A stretch of 64,000 nucleotides of DNA. Source: Podarcis liolepis (taxonomy: Eukaryota). Location: assembly GCA_965112155.1 (NCBI GenBank), contig OZ218105.1; one strand, given 5' to 3'. The position numbers and the translations under genes were made by a program. Below, piece after piece: positions 37,531 to 50,327 of the stretch (the stretch's first letter is position 1; each line of letters starts with the position of its first letter). The notes under the pieces are model-generated. The model saw nothing but the letters and a program-made list of their open reading frames with translations. It searched no databases and was not told where the DNA came from.

Positions 37531-40500
37531 CTGAAAAGGAATAACAAATTATGTTGAAAGACAAATTCACAATCCGGCAAGCAACATCTTAAAATGCATT
37601 CAGATCGATTTCTGTTAAGATGCTGCAATCACTAAAGCATATACATCTCACGCAAATTATAATAACGTGCTTCCAGGATGATGCCTCATTTTGGAGAAGG
37701 TTCAGAAGAGCAGGTAGAAATGTATTTCAGAAATGAACCACGACACGAATTGAATTTACAAGGTGAATGAACACTCCAGACAGCTGCCTTAATCAAAAGT
37801 ACACCACGCCCCCTCCCTGCGGTAAATAAGGAGCAATTAAAGAATTCACTCCAGAAATGAGCTCCATTAATCAACTTGATGCAGCAGATTGATGCACAGC
37901 CATTAAAGTTGTCTAAACAGTTTTGTTAACCTTTAACAAAAATGTGCAGGGAACACATACTGCAAACTAGCTCACAGTTGAGCCAGATGAAGCCTTGGTT
38001 CAAAGAATGTGTCTGAGGCTTACTTAGTTTGCTTTAATTCTGCCAACAATACTGTCACACACAAACAAAGTATTAACTATATGTGGCAGTTCCCATCACT
38101 GGCAAAATTCACCTTCTCTTACCCACAGAAGACCAAGAGAAGAACATGAATGTTTACTTAAGGAGACATAAAGCCCACAGGGCAGTAAGACAAGACTGAA
38201 AATACTCATGCACAGAAAGCACAGAGTATAACTAAGGTGTCTGTCCTGATTGATACTCCGTCCTGCACGCCCTTCTTGCCTCACTCCTGCTGTTAACACC
38301 ACAAATCAATACAGAAGGTGGAAAGGAGAAGAAAGTCAACAGATTGCATTAAGCACAAATGTGGGCTTTCAGTGATAGAGTTTGGGCCCCACATGCCTTT
38401 AAGATCTACTCCTTGACAAATGAAATCCATGGTATTACCAAGAAGATAGGTTTATGCAAAGACTGACAGCATTTGATATTGTACACACTTTCCCTTTTCT
38501 GTGCTCCTCTTGCCCTTGAAGTTTCCACCTCCCAGAAACTTACAGTTTATAGTTGTTTATGGCAATGTTAGCACAAGGATCTGTAGGATCTGCAGTCAGG
38601 GCATTGTGTACCCTTCTCCACAAAAGCACATGCATGCCAAAGCTACAGCAGCACAACAGAGGTAAGGCCGATGTAAGAAAAAGCAGAAATCATATCGTAA
38701 CTGCACCAAGAAATAATACACTGTTTTATCAGCTGCCCATATCCACAAAACAGCAGATTTTATTCCTTTAACATCCGTGTCTAAATCCAGACATGTGTTG
38801 CCTGTTGTTAGCAATTTTTAAGGCTCTGGCTGCTTTTATCTGTTATCACTTACAAACAACAACTAGCTTATTTAGCACCTGCCTAAGCAAAGCAATAGAT
38901 GATGGACATTTGAGAACCAAGTTATCTCTTATTCCCTGAGCCACCTATGGTTCTGAAGAAGTAATTCCTTGCAATTTAGGGAGAGAAGCCTTTTTAGGGG
39001 GCAGGGGGAAGGAGAGAGATCTTAAGCCTACCTAAATCTGCAGAGTTGGGAAAGTAGCCATTTTGGCAAAGCCAGGTTTATAGCTGTCTCCTCCTATTAC
39101 AAAACATGCAGTGCTGGAAGCCTGCAAGATGAGTCAGTGTGAATGAACCTAATGTAGTTGGAGCTGGTACTAGGGATTCTGGAAAAGAACAATGTCTGAT
39201 TTACTGCAGATGATCAGTTTTCCAACCCTGTCCACTTCTATTAATTCCTGACACTGTAATTCTAAACAGATTATTTCAAGGGCACTTTTATGTAAGGATC
39301 GGAAACTGCAGCCTAAGTAGTTTTCCGAAGACAGAAATTTTGGGCTATTGTTTTCAACAGCTAAATAATGTGAAGCAAATCGGAACCACTCCAACCATGT
39401 GCTACATTCATTGTTTACAAACATTCCAGTTTACACACAAAAGCCCACCAGATGGAATTGTTTTTCAGTGGTGCTCATATGTGGGCTGTATGTACACTCA
39501 TCCGTAATATCTGAACTAGCCCTGATATTATTATTCCTTCCACTGAGTATTTGAGCATGTCAATTGGTTGTCTCTGAGTAGTCATTTCCAATTTTCCCAG
39601 AAAATGTTGAACCAGAATATGGCAAGGCATGGTTTTTACCTCTGTCATAGCACGATGAAACAACAGTTCAACTTCTAAAAGTAAATAAATGTAATCCCAG
39701 GTTGACTTTAACCTATCTATTATGTATTTTGGAAAGTTGGTTCACTATGCACACCTCTTAATATATCACAACCTAATTATGCATGAGAGTTCCTGAGATC
39801 AAGGACCATGTTTTCCTCTATGTTTTGATACAATTGGACGCCATTTTGAATCAAGATGGAAGACTGGACCTTCCAAAGCTACATTGATTTTGACCTACAC
39901 CCCTTTAGAAATTAGCTAGTAAAATATAATTCTGTGGACTAACCAAATGGTCATAGAGATCCCGTCTTTGAACACTGGGTTATATGCAAGGCTCATCCTA
40001 CTCAGAAGAGACCCATTAAAATTAATGAACATGAGCAACTTGGGTTCATTGATTTAAGTGGGTCTACTCTGAGTAACACTCAGTTGGCTACAACCCACTA
40101 TAAATGAATTTAAGCAAGACTGAGGCTTTGATTTAAATTCAGCTTCACTCTTTATTTTAAAGGGAGGGTGGAGAGATAACAGCTAGCCAAGTCTTTAAAG
40201 TGTCACTGGACTTTAAGTGAGCCACAAGGTCCAGATCTCCTGCTAGACATACAAGACTCTTTTGGTGATGTAGATCCCATTAAACAAAGTAAAGTAATGT
40301 AGCTATATAATTGTGTTCACCTTTATAGCAGTACAATTATAATGAAAACTAATAGAGCTTACTCCTTGACCCTTAATTAGCAGGAGGACTGAGAGAACCT
40401 TAAGATTTTCTGTATTTCCTGTACATTTATGACATAGAAGTGCTTCTGGAATTAGCCTTAAATTAAAGATATAGCAAGAGTGAGCCAACTATAAAAGCTT

Positions 40501-41859
40501 TGCATTGGAATATGAAGGCTAGCTTAGACACAAACCACGACTTTCAAATTCAAGATATATCCAAGCTAAATGGTTTTGCATTCACGATCACTTTTATGGA
40601 TCAGAATCCATGCTCTACCTAAAGGCTAAAAGATTGGATAGCAGAATCCATCTTTTAAAATGTATTTTTATTTATACAAATGTTTTTAATGCCACCTTTC
40701 AGCTGTATCAGGGGCTCCCAGGGTGGTTTAGAACTGTAAAATCTCAGTACTGTTACGTACAGCATTAAAAGCTGGAGTAAAACAATTAAAACAAAACCAG
40801 AGCTAGCAAGGTTAAAATACTCTAGCAGAAGAGAAACATTTTAACAATCTGGCCAAAACATAACAGAGACCAGACAGAGAAGCAGCCAGTCTTTTTCTCC
40901 TTATTACTAACCACTATGACAGGCTGAACAGAGGTTAATGCGTGGCTCAATTGAAGTATACACCAAGAGCCACTTAGAAAGAAAAAAGTGACAATTACAA
41001 CATCTCTTCTGCCAAAACAGAGCTGGGTGGTTTGATATATTCACAGAATACAAATATACATCTGAGTTGGACTAAATGACCCTTGGGGTCCCTTCCAACT
41101 CTGCAATTCTACTGTTCTATGATTCTCCCTCAAATGCATTCAATATTCAGTGGTTCTATTAGAGCCAGCTGGCTGGATCTTCCAAGGTCTAGCATCAAGA
41201 CACAAGCACCAGTGAATTCCAACTGAAAAATCTGGCAGCAGGTTCCAGGTTTCCCGCCGCCACCCCTCTTTCTCTGCCACTGGGACAGAAAGAGCTGGTA
41301 GTATGCTTTTTCTCACTCCACGGCTCCAAAAATGATATGGCTGAAAGCTGCACTGTCAGGTCCAGCCAAATCAAGTGATCTGGGGAGCCAACAGAGGCCT
41401 TGCAAGCCTCACACAACTGATGCCCCAGGCTTTGGCTCCTCCATCGGAGCAACCTGTGGCTCTCCAGGTGTTACTGGGCTGCAGCTCCCATCATTACTGC
41501 CCATGATGGTTGGGGCTGATAGTTGTTTCAGCCTAACACTCTTGCTCTGCAGAGTCCTGGAATCTTGCCTTGCCTGAATCACCATCTTCCATGGCCTCAT
41601 CTGACACCTCACCTTAACTCTCCTGAAGCTCTGTTTCGGTTTGGCTCACCTCACCCAAAGCCTCACCTTATCTTTATTAGCCTGAAGCTCTGTCTTGCCC
41701 TGCCTTTCCCAAACTCTGTCAAACCCTGCTTGAAATGTTGTCATGCCAGAAGTTTTGCCTTGAATAGCTATTGAGCTACTGCTGTCACCTCCTCCTGTGT
41801 TTGACCCATCTGCCAACCACCAGTGGTGGCTAATTTCAGAGAAAAGATATTTTAAAAAC

Positions 41860-42200
41860 AAGCAAGGGGAAACATGATAGCAGTCTTCAGATATGATTCA
41901 GAAGATGGAGAAGACTTCTTTTCTGTTTCTCGGGTGGGCAAGAAGAGAACAGACAGGTAGAAATTTCAAGGAAGCAGGTTTCAGCTAAGCAGTGGGATAC
42001 ATTTCCTACTGGTACATATTATTTGACCGTGGAGCAGACTGCCTCAGGATGTAATGAACTCTCTTTTGCAAGAGTTATTTACGCAGTCTGGGTGGCCATC
42101 TGTCAGAGATGCTATAGTTGTAGCCAGCTTTGCAGATCCTGCACTGAGTACTAGCTTGGACCATCACTTCCAATATCGTTCCAACTCATGATTCTACAGT
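41860..42200 (+). mobile_element. Old CR1 LINE 3' fragment
   Basis: Decayed GGGG.ACATGATAGCAGTCTTC...GGCCATCTGTCAG...TTCCAACTCATGATTCTAC. Confidence 0.65.
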
Positions 42201-42305
42201 TTTTCTACACAATATCAGGGTTAGCGACATCCTATGTGTAGTATCTAATACCAGATGAAACCAGACAGGAGTCTACTGTGGGGATGATTTGGTGCCTACC
42301 AAAGA

Positions 42306-42314
42306 ATTTCTTTC

Positions 42315-42355
<41 letters not shown>

Positions 42356-42356
42356 T
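42306..42356. repeat. (TTTC)n microsatellite
   Basis: Read directly. Confidence 0.95.
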
Positions 42357-45243
42357 AAGGGTTTCTCTGAAGTGTTTTCCAGTCATTTATGGAAGATACA
42401 TTTCATATTTGATGAAATGATTTCCTTGGTTTTTTAGAATTTGTATGGACAGTGTTAATGTCCTAGAGTTTATTTAATGGATTTTATTGTTCTTAAAAGT
42501 TGCCTTTCAGTGTTTAATTATGTTTTTACTGTGTGCACTGTTTCAATAGCTTTATTTCAAGAAGTGGTCTAACAACAGCAGCAACAATTAGGATCTCTTT
42601 TCAGTTGTATCCTGAAGCTGCCTGAAGATGTACGTTTCCCACATTCAATCTGCATGCTAGTTCTATACCAGTAACACCCTCACCCAGGTTGCCCAGAAAG
42701 TCCTATTCAGCTTTATCAAAAGGTTCCTCAACAGTTATGCCTAAAATGCTAAATTAGCCTGTTCTGCTACACTGCTCATTCTTAAAAATGAGAAGGTGTT
42801 CCTTCTAATGTGGCAGGTAAAGCAACAGCTGGGAGGCCTAACTCCCACACCTCGTAGACAACTCCAAATCAGCAATCCTAGTCTTCTATGAGGCCTGACA
42901 TTATCATTACAAAGATCTCTGTAAATAAAGAAATATGAACTGCTGGTGTCTGGTTAGGCTTGTCTCTCTCCTTGTGTGAAAGAAGCTGCTTTTAGGGCCA
43001 TTGGATTGCCCTAAAGGCTTCCCAGAGTGTTGTATAATAAAAGATGACTGAAGCAGAGGCTGTGTCAACAGACACTTCCTTTGAGGGATGTAAAAAGCAG
43101 AACAATGTCTCAAATACATCATAGGGCAAACATAGCAAGCCAAAATATCTCCCCCCCACCCACCCACAGCCTTGTAAAAGAAAGTATATTACATTGTGGG
43201 GAAAGGGAAGGAGGCGATCTGGTCACAAGCCAGGTGATGCCATTATCAGCTACTTAACAAAGGTCATAGGCAGAATAGCTGGAAAGGACTTTAATATGTG
43301 CATGCCACCATCCACACACCACAGTTCTTAAAAGTGCAAGATGTTTCAAAGCTCATCCCAGGCCTTTCAGGGCCGGTCTACACATTGCTGCAGTCACATG
43401 CCGGGTCACTTCACATTGTTCCAAATGGTGGCAGGTATCACATAACATGCAATTTTTTTCATCACATCAGTCAAGCATTTTTCACCACACCACTATATGA
43501 ACCAAAAAAAATTTGCCATGGATACAGATGTGGCCATTTATCACCTGTGGCAGCTACCAGTAACCTTACACATTCAGCAGTATAAGACACTGAGTCATGG
43601 GCCGCATCCATCCACATTGCAAAGAGAGATTCTAAAATCCTTATTGGAGCGATACTTTTATTAGACCAACCAAAATATCACAAAATACTATGCAAACTTT
43701 TGAGATCTTCAAAATTCTTCAGCAGCTAAGTAGTAAACAAGGCAATGGGGATTTGTGATGGGCTGATGTTTAAGTGATGAAGTTTGCATCTGGTCATAGA
43801 CTTAAGACGGGATGGGCGAGTGGAATGCCCTAATAAAGATTTTGGGATGCTTCTTATGTGCTTTTGTTACCTTTACACTACCATGAAGAGTGTTATCCTG
43901 ACTACTCCATATTTTTAAACAATGTCAGAGTACTAACACTTGCCTCACCGCATGGCTAGACTCTACTGAAAACCAGCACTGCACAAGAAGATTGCAAAAA
44001 AACTTCTCTGTTAAGTATGTAGTGACATGGCAAAAACTGCACCTATTCTGTGTGGTGAGCAGCTCTACCCCTGTAGCTAACTATGTAATAAAACTATAAG
44101 CTGCAGTGATTTAAAGTAGCTTCTATGTGGTAGCTAGGAAATGCAGGCCAGGCTTTCTCTAAAAATAATTATACCGCCACAGTTAACGTCTCACAGGATC
44201 ACGAGTGAGACTAAGCACAACCTTAAAAAGATCTAAAAATAATGGCACAAAGCCCTCCTGACAGTTCCTCTACAACAGCATTTTAGCAATTCCCAAATGT
44301 ATTAGGGAACCAAATCACCTCTCGATCTGGTGTAGAATGTCAAAGATCAGCTTTACAAGCAGGAAACCATCCTCAGCCATCCTAATTTAGCATGCCATGC
44401 CATAACAGTAGCTGGAAACTGGGTATTATATTTAGAAGTAATCAGGACATCCAAACATCTGAATTTAGTGACTTGAAAGGAAGAAAGTGGTGACCTGTTT
44501 TCAAAACTACTCATTTTCGAACTTTCAACTTCTTCTATTTTAGTAAGACTGCGCTGTTGTTTTTAAAACAGTTTTCTGAAGTCTCCTCTCTAAAACTTGT
44601 GACCTGCCTTCAACTTTCCCACACAACATCAAAATCAGAGGAGAAACACATTGAGAGAAGGGAGTGCGAAAGAAAAGAGGTGGGTAATTTGAGTCACTTT
44701 GGCTGGAATCAGGATTCATCCTTTCTTTTTCTTTTTTACATATATAGAAAACTGAGAACGATGTATTCCAGCAGTCTTTTATTCGGGCAATAAATCACTT
44801 CAATAAAAAAGGAATGAAGTTTTCTACACTTTATCATTTTCAACATACTTACCAATATTATAGAGCAACAAAGGGTGTGTGTTTTTACAATGCTTATATA
44901 CTTACTGCTTCCCCCCACCCCAAAGTTCTGTAAATGTTTTGATGATTTTAGGACCCAAAGCCAACAGAATTTAAGGGATTTACATGTATCATATGTCTGG
45001 ATAGCAACCGTATCTAAAAATATCACTGGCAACTGTGCTTCCCTCCTAATGCCAAGGAGACTGGTTTGTCTTTCAAGATTCATGGGAGGTGTCTACTTGC
45101 CCATTATTCTCTTCAGTCAGACTTTTTTTAACATAGTTACATCTCATAGGAGTTGCATTAATGCTGTCTCAGTGATGCCAGAAAATGTGACCCAAACTGT
45201 TGGTTAAGGGAAAGAAAAGCAGCTATATGAAGATTAAGCTCCA

Positions 45244-45283
<40 letters not shown>

Positions 45284-47936
45284 CATATGGCATGGCGGGC
45301 ATTGGCAAGAAGTGACAAGGACACAGCTATGCCTAATTTATACTGCAATTTATTAATGGATGATTTCTGTCCATGCACATTTCTAGCACTCCAAACCTAA
45401 ATAGTGCAATTTAGCTGCCCTAATAAAAAAAATGGGCTTTAAATGCAATAGCAAGCAACATATTAAATACTAACTTTCTATTCTTAAAAAGACACACATC
45501 CATGATAATGGTGCACTCCGGACAAACCTTGAAAGTGCAGGGATAGGTTTGTCAGGTGTGGCGAGTATGGACCTCCCAAGACTATTGGACCTTAACTCCC
45601 CTCATCCCTTGCCACTGAGCTGGGAATGCCAGTTCGGAATCCAACAACAACTGGAGGGCCAGAGGTTCCCCATCCCTGTTTTAGTATAAATAAATTCAAA
45701 GGGTTCATAGAGCTGTTCATAGAGCTCTACTAGTGAATCACACCACTCTCTCAGACTTTATGACCTACATTATGCTGACTGCACATCTAAGTCTGAGCCA
45801 AGTGCTGGCCAGGTTACCAAAATCAAAGTACTGTATCTTAGTTTTCCAATACGAAAATCACATGTGTATTCCTGCCACTACATGTGTACGTTAATTACAC
45901 ATGCTTTAGGCGCTGCACTTGATGGAGCATGAGGTTTAAAGGTTGTGTGTCTTTCATTAAGACGTCAGAGATTCCCATTAAATAAATAAACAAGTGCAAC
46001 AGCCATCTGACTTGGCGGTGAGGGGGGGAAATAGGAAAACCAAATCAAAACGTGTTCTCAAAACCATTTTAAAGAAAGATTCCCCCACCCACCCCTACCC
46101 CTTGATTGGTTTTAGACTAGAACTTAAATTTCTCTGTTTGTATAAAAACAGCGCAACAGCTAATAGTAATTATTGGCAAAGCTTTCAGAAGTATTGATGG
46201 AGCGGGTGGCAAAATCAGTTCCGCAAAAGTGGCCGCATTCCTTCAGAACCATGCAAGAAAGGGAAAGAAGGAATTCTTGCTATCAGCTCCCTTGGCCCTC
46301 CTCCGTTTTTTGCAAAGGAGAATGAAAAGTACTGAGTGAGACACACAGATGCAGATGAGAATGAAGGTTGCACAGTTATGCAGCGGCGGGCAGGGGGGAG
46401 TTGCAGGTTTAAGATAGATTTCACAATATATTTCCATGGGAATATTTTACCCAGTGTAAGAGGAATAATAGCAAACTATCACCCATGTAACCAGAGCCAA
46501 ACTACTTGGGAAAGTAATCCTGCAAACAATCCTGCAAAAATAAGCAATCATGCACACAGAGTGGCAGGAGGCAGTGAGATCACAGAATAACAGAATGCTC
46601 ATACTATTGCTGATTTCGGCAGTGTCCACAAACTCAGCACCACGTGTAATTTGTCTCTAAGACATGCATTGCTTATTGCATGTCTTGTATCATAACACAA
46701 GATACCAAAAATCTCTCTTCACATGCACATACATACATGCATTGGCTACGATAACAGAAAAACCCAACAGCTTGATCCTGAATATGGAACCTATTACAAA
46801 CCGTACTGATGGGAATAATAACATTAATCCATAGGATGGGGATTCTAACACATTCTGCTTTGCTATATTGGCTAGACATTAAGCCAATATAACATCACAT
46901 GATGTCATATAGTCTCATTGGCCAAAGATACACAAGGTCTTCCAGATGTGAAAAGGGGTTCTTTTTATTCATTTACTTGAGTATGAAAGGGATCTTTAAC
47001 ATGCACACCATAAAAGATGAAGAACCAGAGTGTGAAATACTTATCACTTCATCAGACTGCCGCATATGATGCCAATTCAGAATCTTCACAGACTCATGGG
47101 AATCAGCATCATGTGGGTTTTAAGGGGGGGGGACGGACATAAGGAACTAAAAACTGAGTACAGCAATTAAACACAGCCAATAACAGAAGCCATATGCAGA
47201 TCAGCTTGACTTAGAGAATTATAGTCTGGATGACTGAAAAAACGCAAGTCTCGCTACACGAAAAGAGGGGGAAAGTCCTGTTTTGGTTCTGCAGTGGTGC
47301 CTCAAAAGGACAAACAACCCTTCTGCAAAGAAGATTTTTTTAAAAAAAAAACATTTTCAAAAGTTAAACTGTTTCTGACTTCCTTTCCAAGACAGAAAAA
47401 GTTGGCATATAAGTGTAAGAAAATAAATAATACAGAGGAGCCTTTCTATGTCAATAGACCCATTTTAAAAGGAGGACAATATCTAGGAAAATGAGCAAAT
47501 TAGACTGGACTCCACACTTTCTACTCTTGATTTAAGGCTTAACGTAAAGCTTCTTTAAGAAAGAGCTAGTTGTAAAACAGAACGCACTGTCCACAAGAAC
47601 TCATGGGGGGGGGGAGAATCCAGTGTTGGCAGTTACTAGATAGAAAGTGTATGAAAGTTGGTTCGAGTGTGGACCTTCGGGACTCCCTCCCAACTCTACA
47701 AATCTGTAATTCTCTGATTCATAGTAACCTCTTTACTGCTGCTTATGGAAACCCTCAAGAATACCAAACAGGAAGACAGAAGTCGGTAGTTTGTCTTTTA
47801 ATTAAAGGGTGTCCCTACAGTATCACAGTGGGTTTCTATTCCAATCTGAAAACATCTAGGTAATATCCCTGTTTTTAACTGTAGGTCTGCTAAAAGAAAG
47901 CTTGCGGTATTACACAGAATCCCATAACTCACTTAC

Positions 47937-48048
47937 CTGAGATATCTGTCCTGCAGCAGGAAGGAACTCACAGTCCCACAAGTAAATCCTTTAATTACTG
48001 ACTCTCTCAAAGATAAATCATCATTCACTGCACTGACACGAGTTCTAC
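47937..48048 (-). other. Candidate exon A (112 nt) of the minus-strand transcript; one frame open (G)RTRVSAVNDDLSLRESVIKGFTCGTVSSFLLQDRYL
   Basis: Strong acceptor tttccctctctttcag| and perfect donor CAG|gtaagt; non-repetitive sequence. Confidence 0.6.
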
Positions 48049-48491
48049 CTGAAAGAGAGGGAAATCACCACAGAAAGATCTTGAGTCATTTTATGTCAAA
48101 AAGAAAGTCTGGTTCTGTTTTTTAAAGGGAGAAGACAATTAAAAGTAGACCCTGTACTATATATGGCAGTTATATATTTTCTCACAGGAACTCTAAAACC
48201 AGCATATAATAAACCTTTTAAAAACATTTTAAAGGTTTGGCGATTAAGCACGTAGAGAAATACCCTTTCCTCCATGAGCTAGGAGCTTTATAGCAGGTGA
48301 AGATTCACTCATGAGCAAAGAAATGTGAGTGTTCCAATCAATTATGAAACCACTAGAAGGAATAACACAATTACCTTTTATCTCTTGCAAAACTTTAAGA
48401 TGAGACAGTAGCTGTACTGTAGTCCTAAAAGATACTTACAAGGATGTAAGGGTCCCAAAGTAAATATGCGTAGGACGGCACTGTTAATTAA

Positions 48492-48575
48492 AATGGTTGG
48501 GTCTCTAGAATGGTAGCACTGGTCTTATAAGAATGGTTGGGTCTCTAGAATGGTAGCACTGGTCTTATAAGAATG
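48492..48575. repeat. Perfect 40-bp tandem duplication
   Basis: AATGGTTGGGTCTCTAGAATGGTAGCACTGGTCTTATAAG twice, followed by AATG. Confidence 0.95.
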
Positions 48576-48609
48576 TGTTCCATTTAGGATAAAGGACAGT
48601 ATAGAGAGA

Positions 48610-49612
48610 AATAATAATAATAATTAATAATAATAATAATACCTTTATTGTCAATGTACAACCAGTGTACAATGAAATTAACTGAGCCCCCCCCCCAAAC
48701 ACTCAATCTCATTGCACTCTGTGTTCTTGTCGCACAACACACCAACCCTGAAAGTCAGTTGCAATATATTATTTTCCCTTCAGCAGCCTAACAGCCCATG
48801 GGTAGAAACTGTTTTTTAGCCTGTTGGTATGACTGGTTATACTTCTATATCTCCTGCCCAAGGGTAGAAGATTAAAGAGGTGCTGGCCGGGGTGTGAATT
48901 GTCCCTGAGAATTTTTCTCGCTCTTCTAAGGCATCAATCCCTTGCGATGTCATCTAGCGGGCTCAGGGGACAGCCCATGATATCATGTGCTGTGTTCACC
49001 ACCCTCTGTAAAGACTTTCTGTCCGTGGCTGTCAAGCCAACGTACCACACTGTGATACAATATGAGAGGACACTTTCGATTGTGGACCGGTAGAAGGAGG
49101 TCATCAACTGTTGTTAAATATTGTTCTTTCGCAAGACCCTGAGGAAATGGAGTCTCTGTTGGGCTTTCCTAACCACGTGAGTTATACTGTTTTTCCAAGT
49201 GAGGTCTTCACTAAGGTAAATTCCCAGGAAGTGTAGGAAGAGACTCTCTCCACACAACCCCGCCCCCCGATATACAACTGAGCAAGTTCCCCTCTTTTCC
49301 TCTGAAAGTCCAACACAATCTCCTTTGTCTTGCTAATATTTAGATGAAAGTTATTCTCTAGGCACCATGTAGATACTTTTTGAACCTCCCCCCTGTACGC
49401 TGATTCAACTCCACCTGTAATTAGACCCATTATGGTAGTATCATCTGTAAACTTAATAATTGCAGTAGATGGATGAGATGAAATACAGTCATGTGTATAC
49501 AACGTGTACAGGTAGGGAATCAGCACACATCCCTGTGGGGTGCCAGTGCTGTGCTTCAGGGAGGTAGATGTAACAGGCCCAATCCTCACTGTTTGTGTCC
49601 AATCCCTCAGAA
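48610..49612 (-). mobile_element. Rex1/Babar-type LINE, 5'-truncated RT and 3' end
   Basis: Peptide STGTPQGCVLIPYLYTLYTHDC...IIKFTDDTTIMGLI...[36 protein letters not shown] and (TTA)n tail at 48610-48640. Confidence 0.8.
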
Positions 49613-50096
49613 TGGAATCTGGAAAAGTGTTCTAGCATTTTATAATTTGAAACCTGTGAATATGTACGAGTCTGTTGTCTTTTTAAGGGAATTTAGAGGG
49701 AATTTGATTGTGATGTTTCAGTCTTGCCTAAATATCCTCATATAGTGTTTTATGTAACAGTGACTGTGACTTGTTCAGATAAATATATAAATATTTTTGC
49801 AGGCCAGGCGGTAACAGGGTTGATGAGCCCATAAACAGTTTTAGAAGATTAGGCTAAATTTATACTTTTAGGGTCTCATTTGTGAGCTACACTGAAATCA
49901 TACAGATAAGAGTTTTTAAAATCATTCACCTTTATTGATTCCAAAAATGCAGTAAGGAGAAATGACAAGTCACTCTTCATGTCTTCTGCTACAAGCATCC
50001 ATCATATGTTTCTATAGCCCTGCACTAAAATAGATGCTCTTTTGACTCCTTGCTCAATATAACAATTAATAGGTGATGTTAAATGGGTGACTAAAC

Positions 50097-50327
50097 CAGG
50101 GATAGCCAACATGGCATGCTCCAGATGTTGTGGACTACACTTCCATCAGCCCAATCAGCAAAGCCAATGATCAGGGATGATGGGAGCTGTATTCTCATAA
50201 CATCTGGAAGGTAACACATTGTCTAACCATTATCTAAGCCAGGTTTCCCAAACTTAGGTCTCCAAGTGTTTTGGACTACAACTCCCATCATCCCTAACTA
50301 GCAGGACCAGTGGCCAGGGAAACCCTG
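50097..50327. mobile_element. Two adjacent palindromic hAT-type MITEs (50097-50231 and 50240-50327)
   Basis: Second copy has TSD ATCTAAGC/ATCTAAAC and an internal deletion. First copy is preceded by GACTAAAC. Confidence 0.7.

Noticed and set aside
47937-48048. Mesothelin/otoancorin-like assignment from the GFTC motif
   Set aside because: Four-residue resemblance only, with no other exons of such a gene nearby; no gene symbol can be supported.
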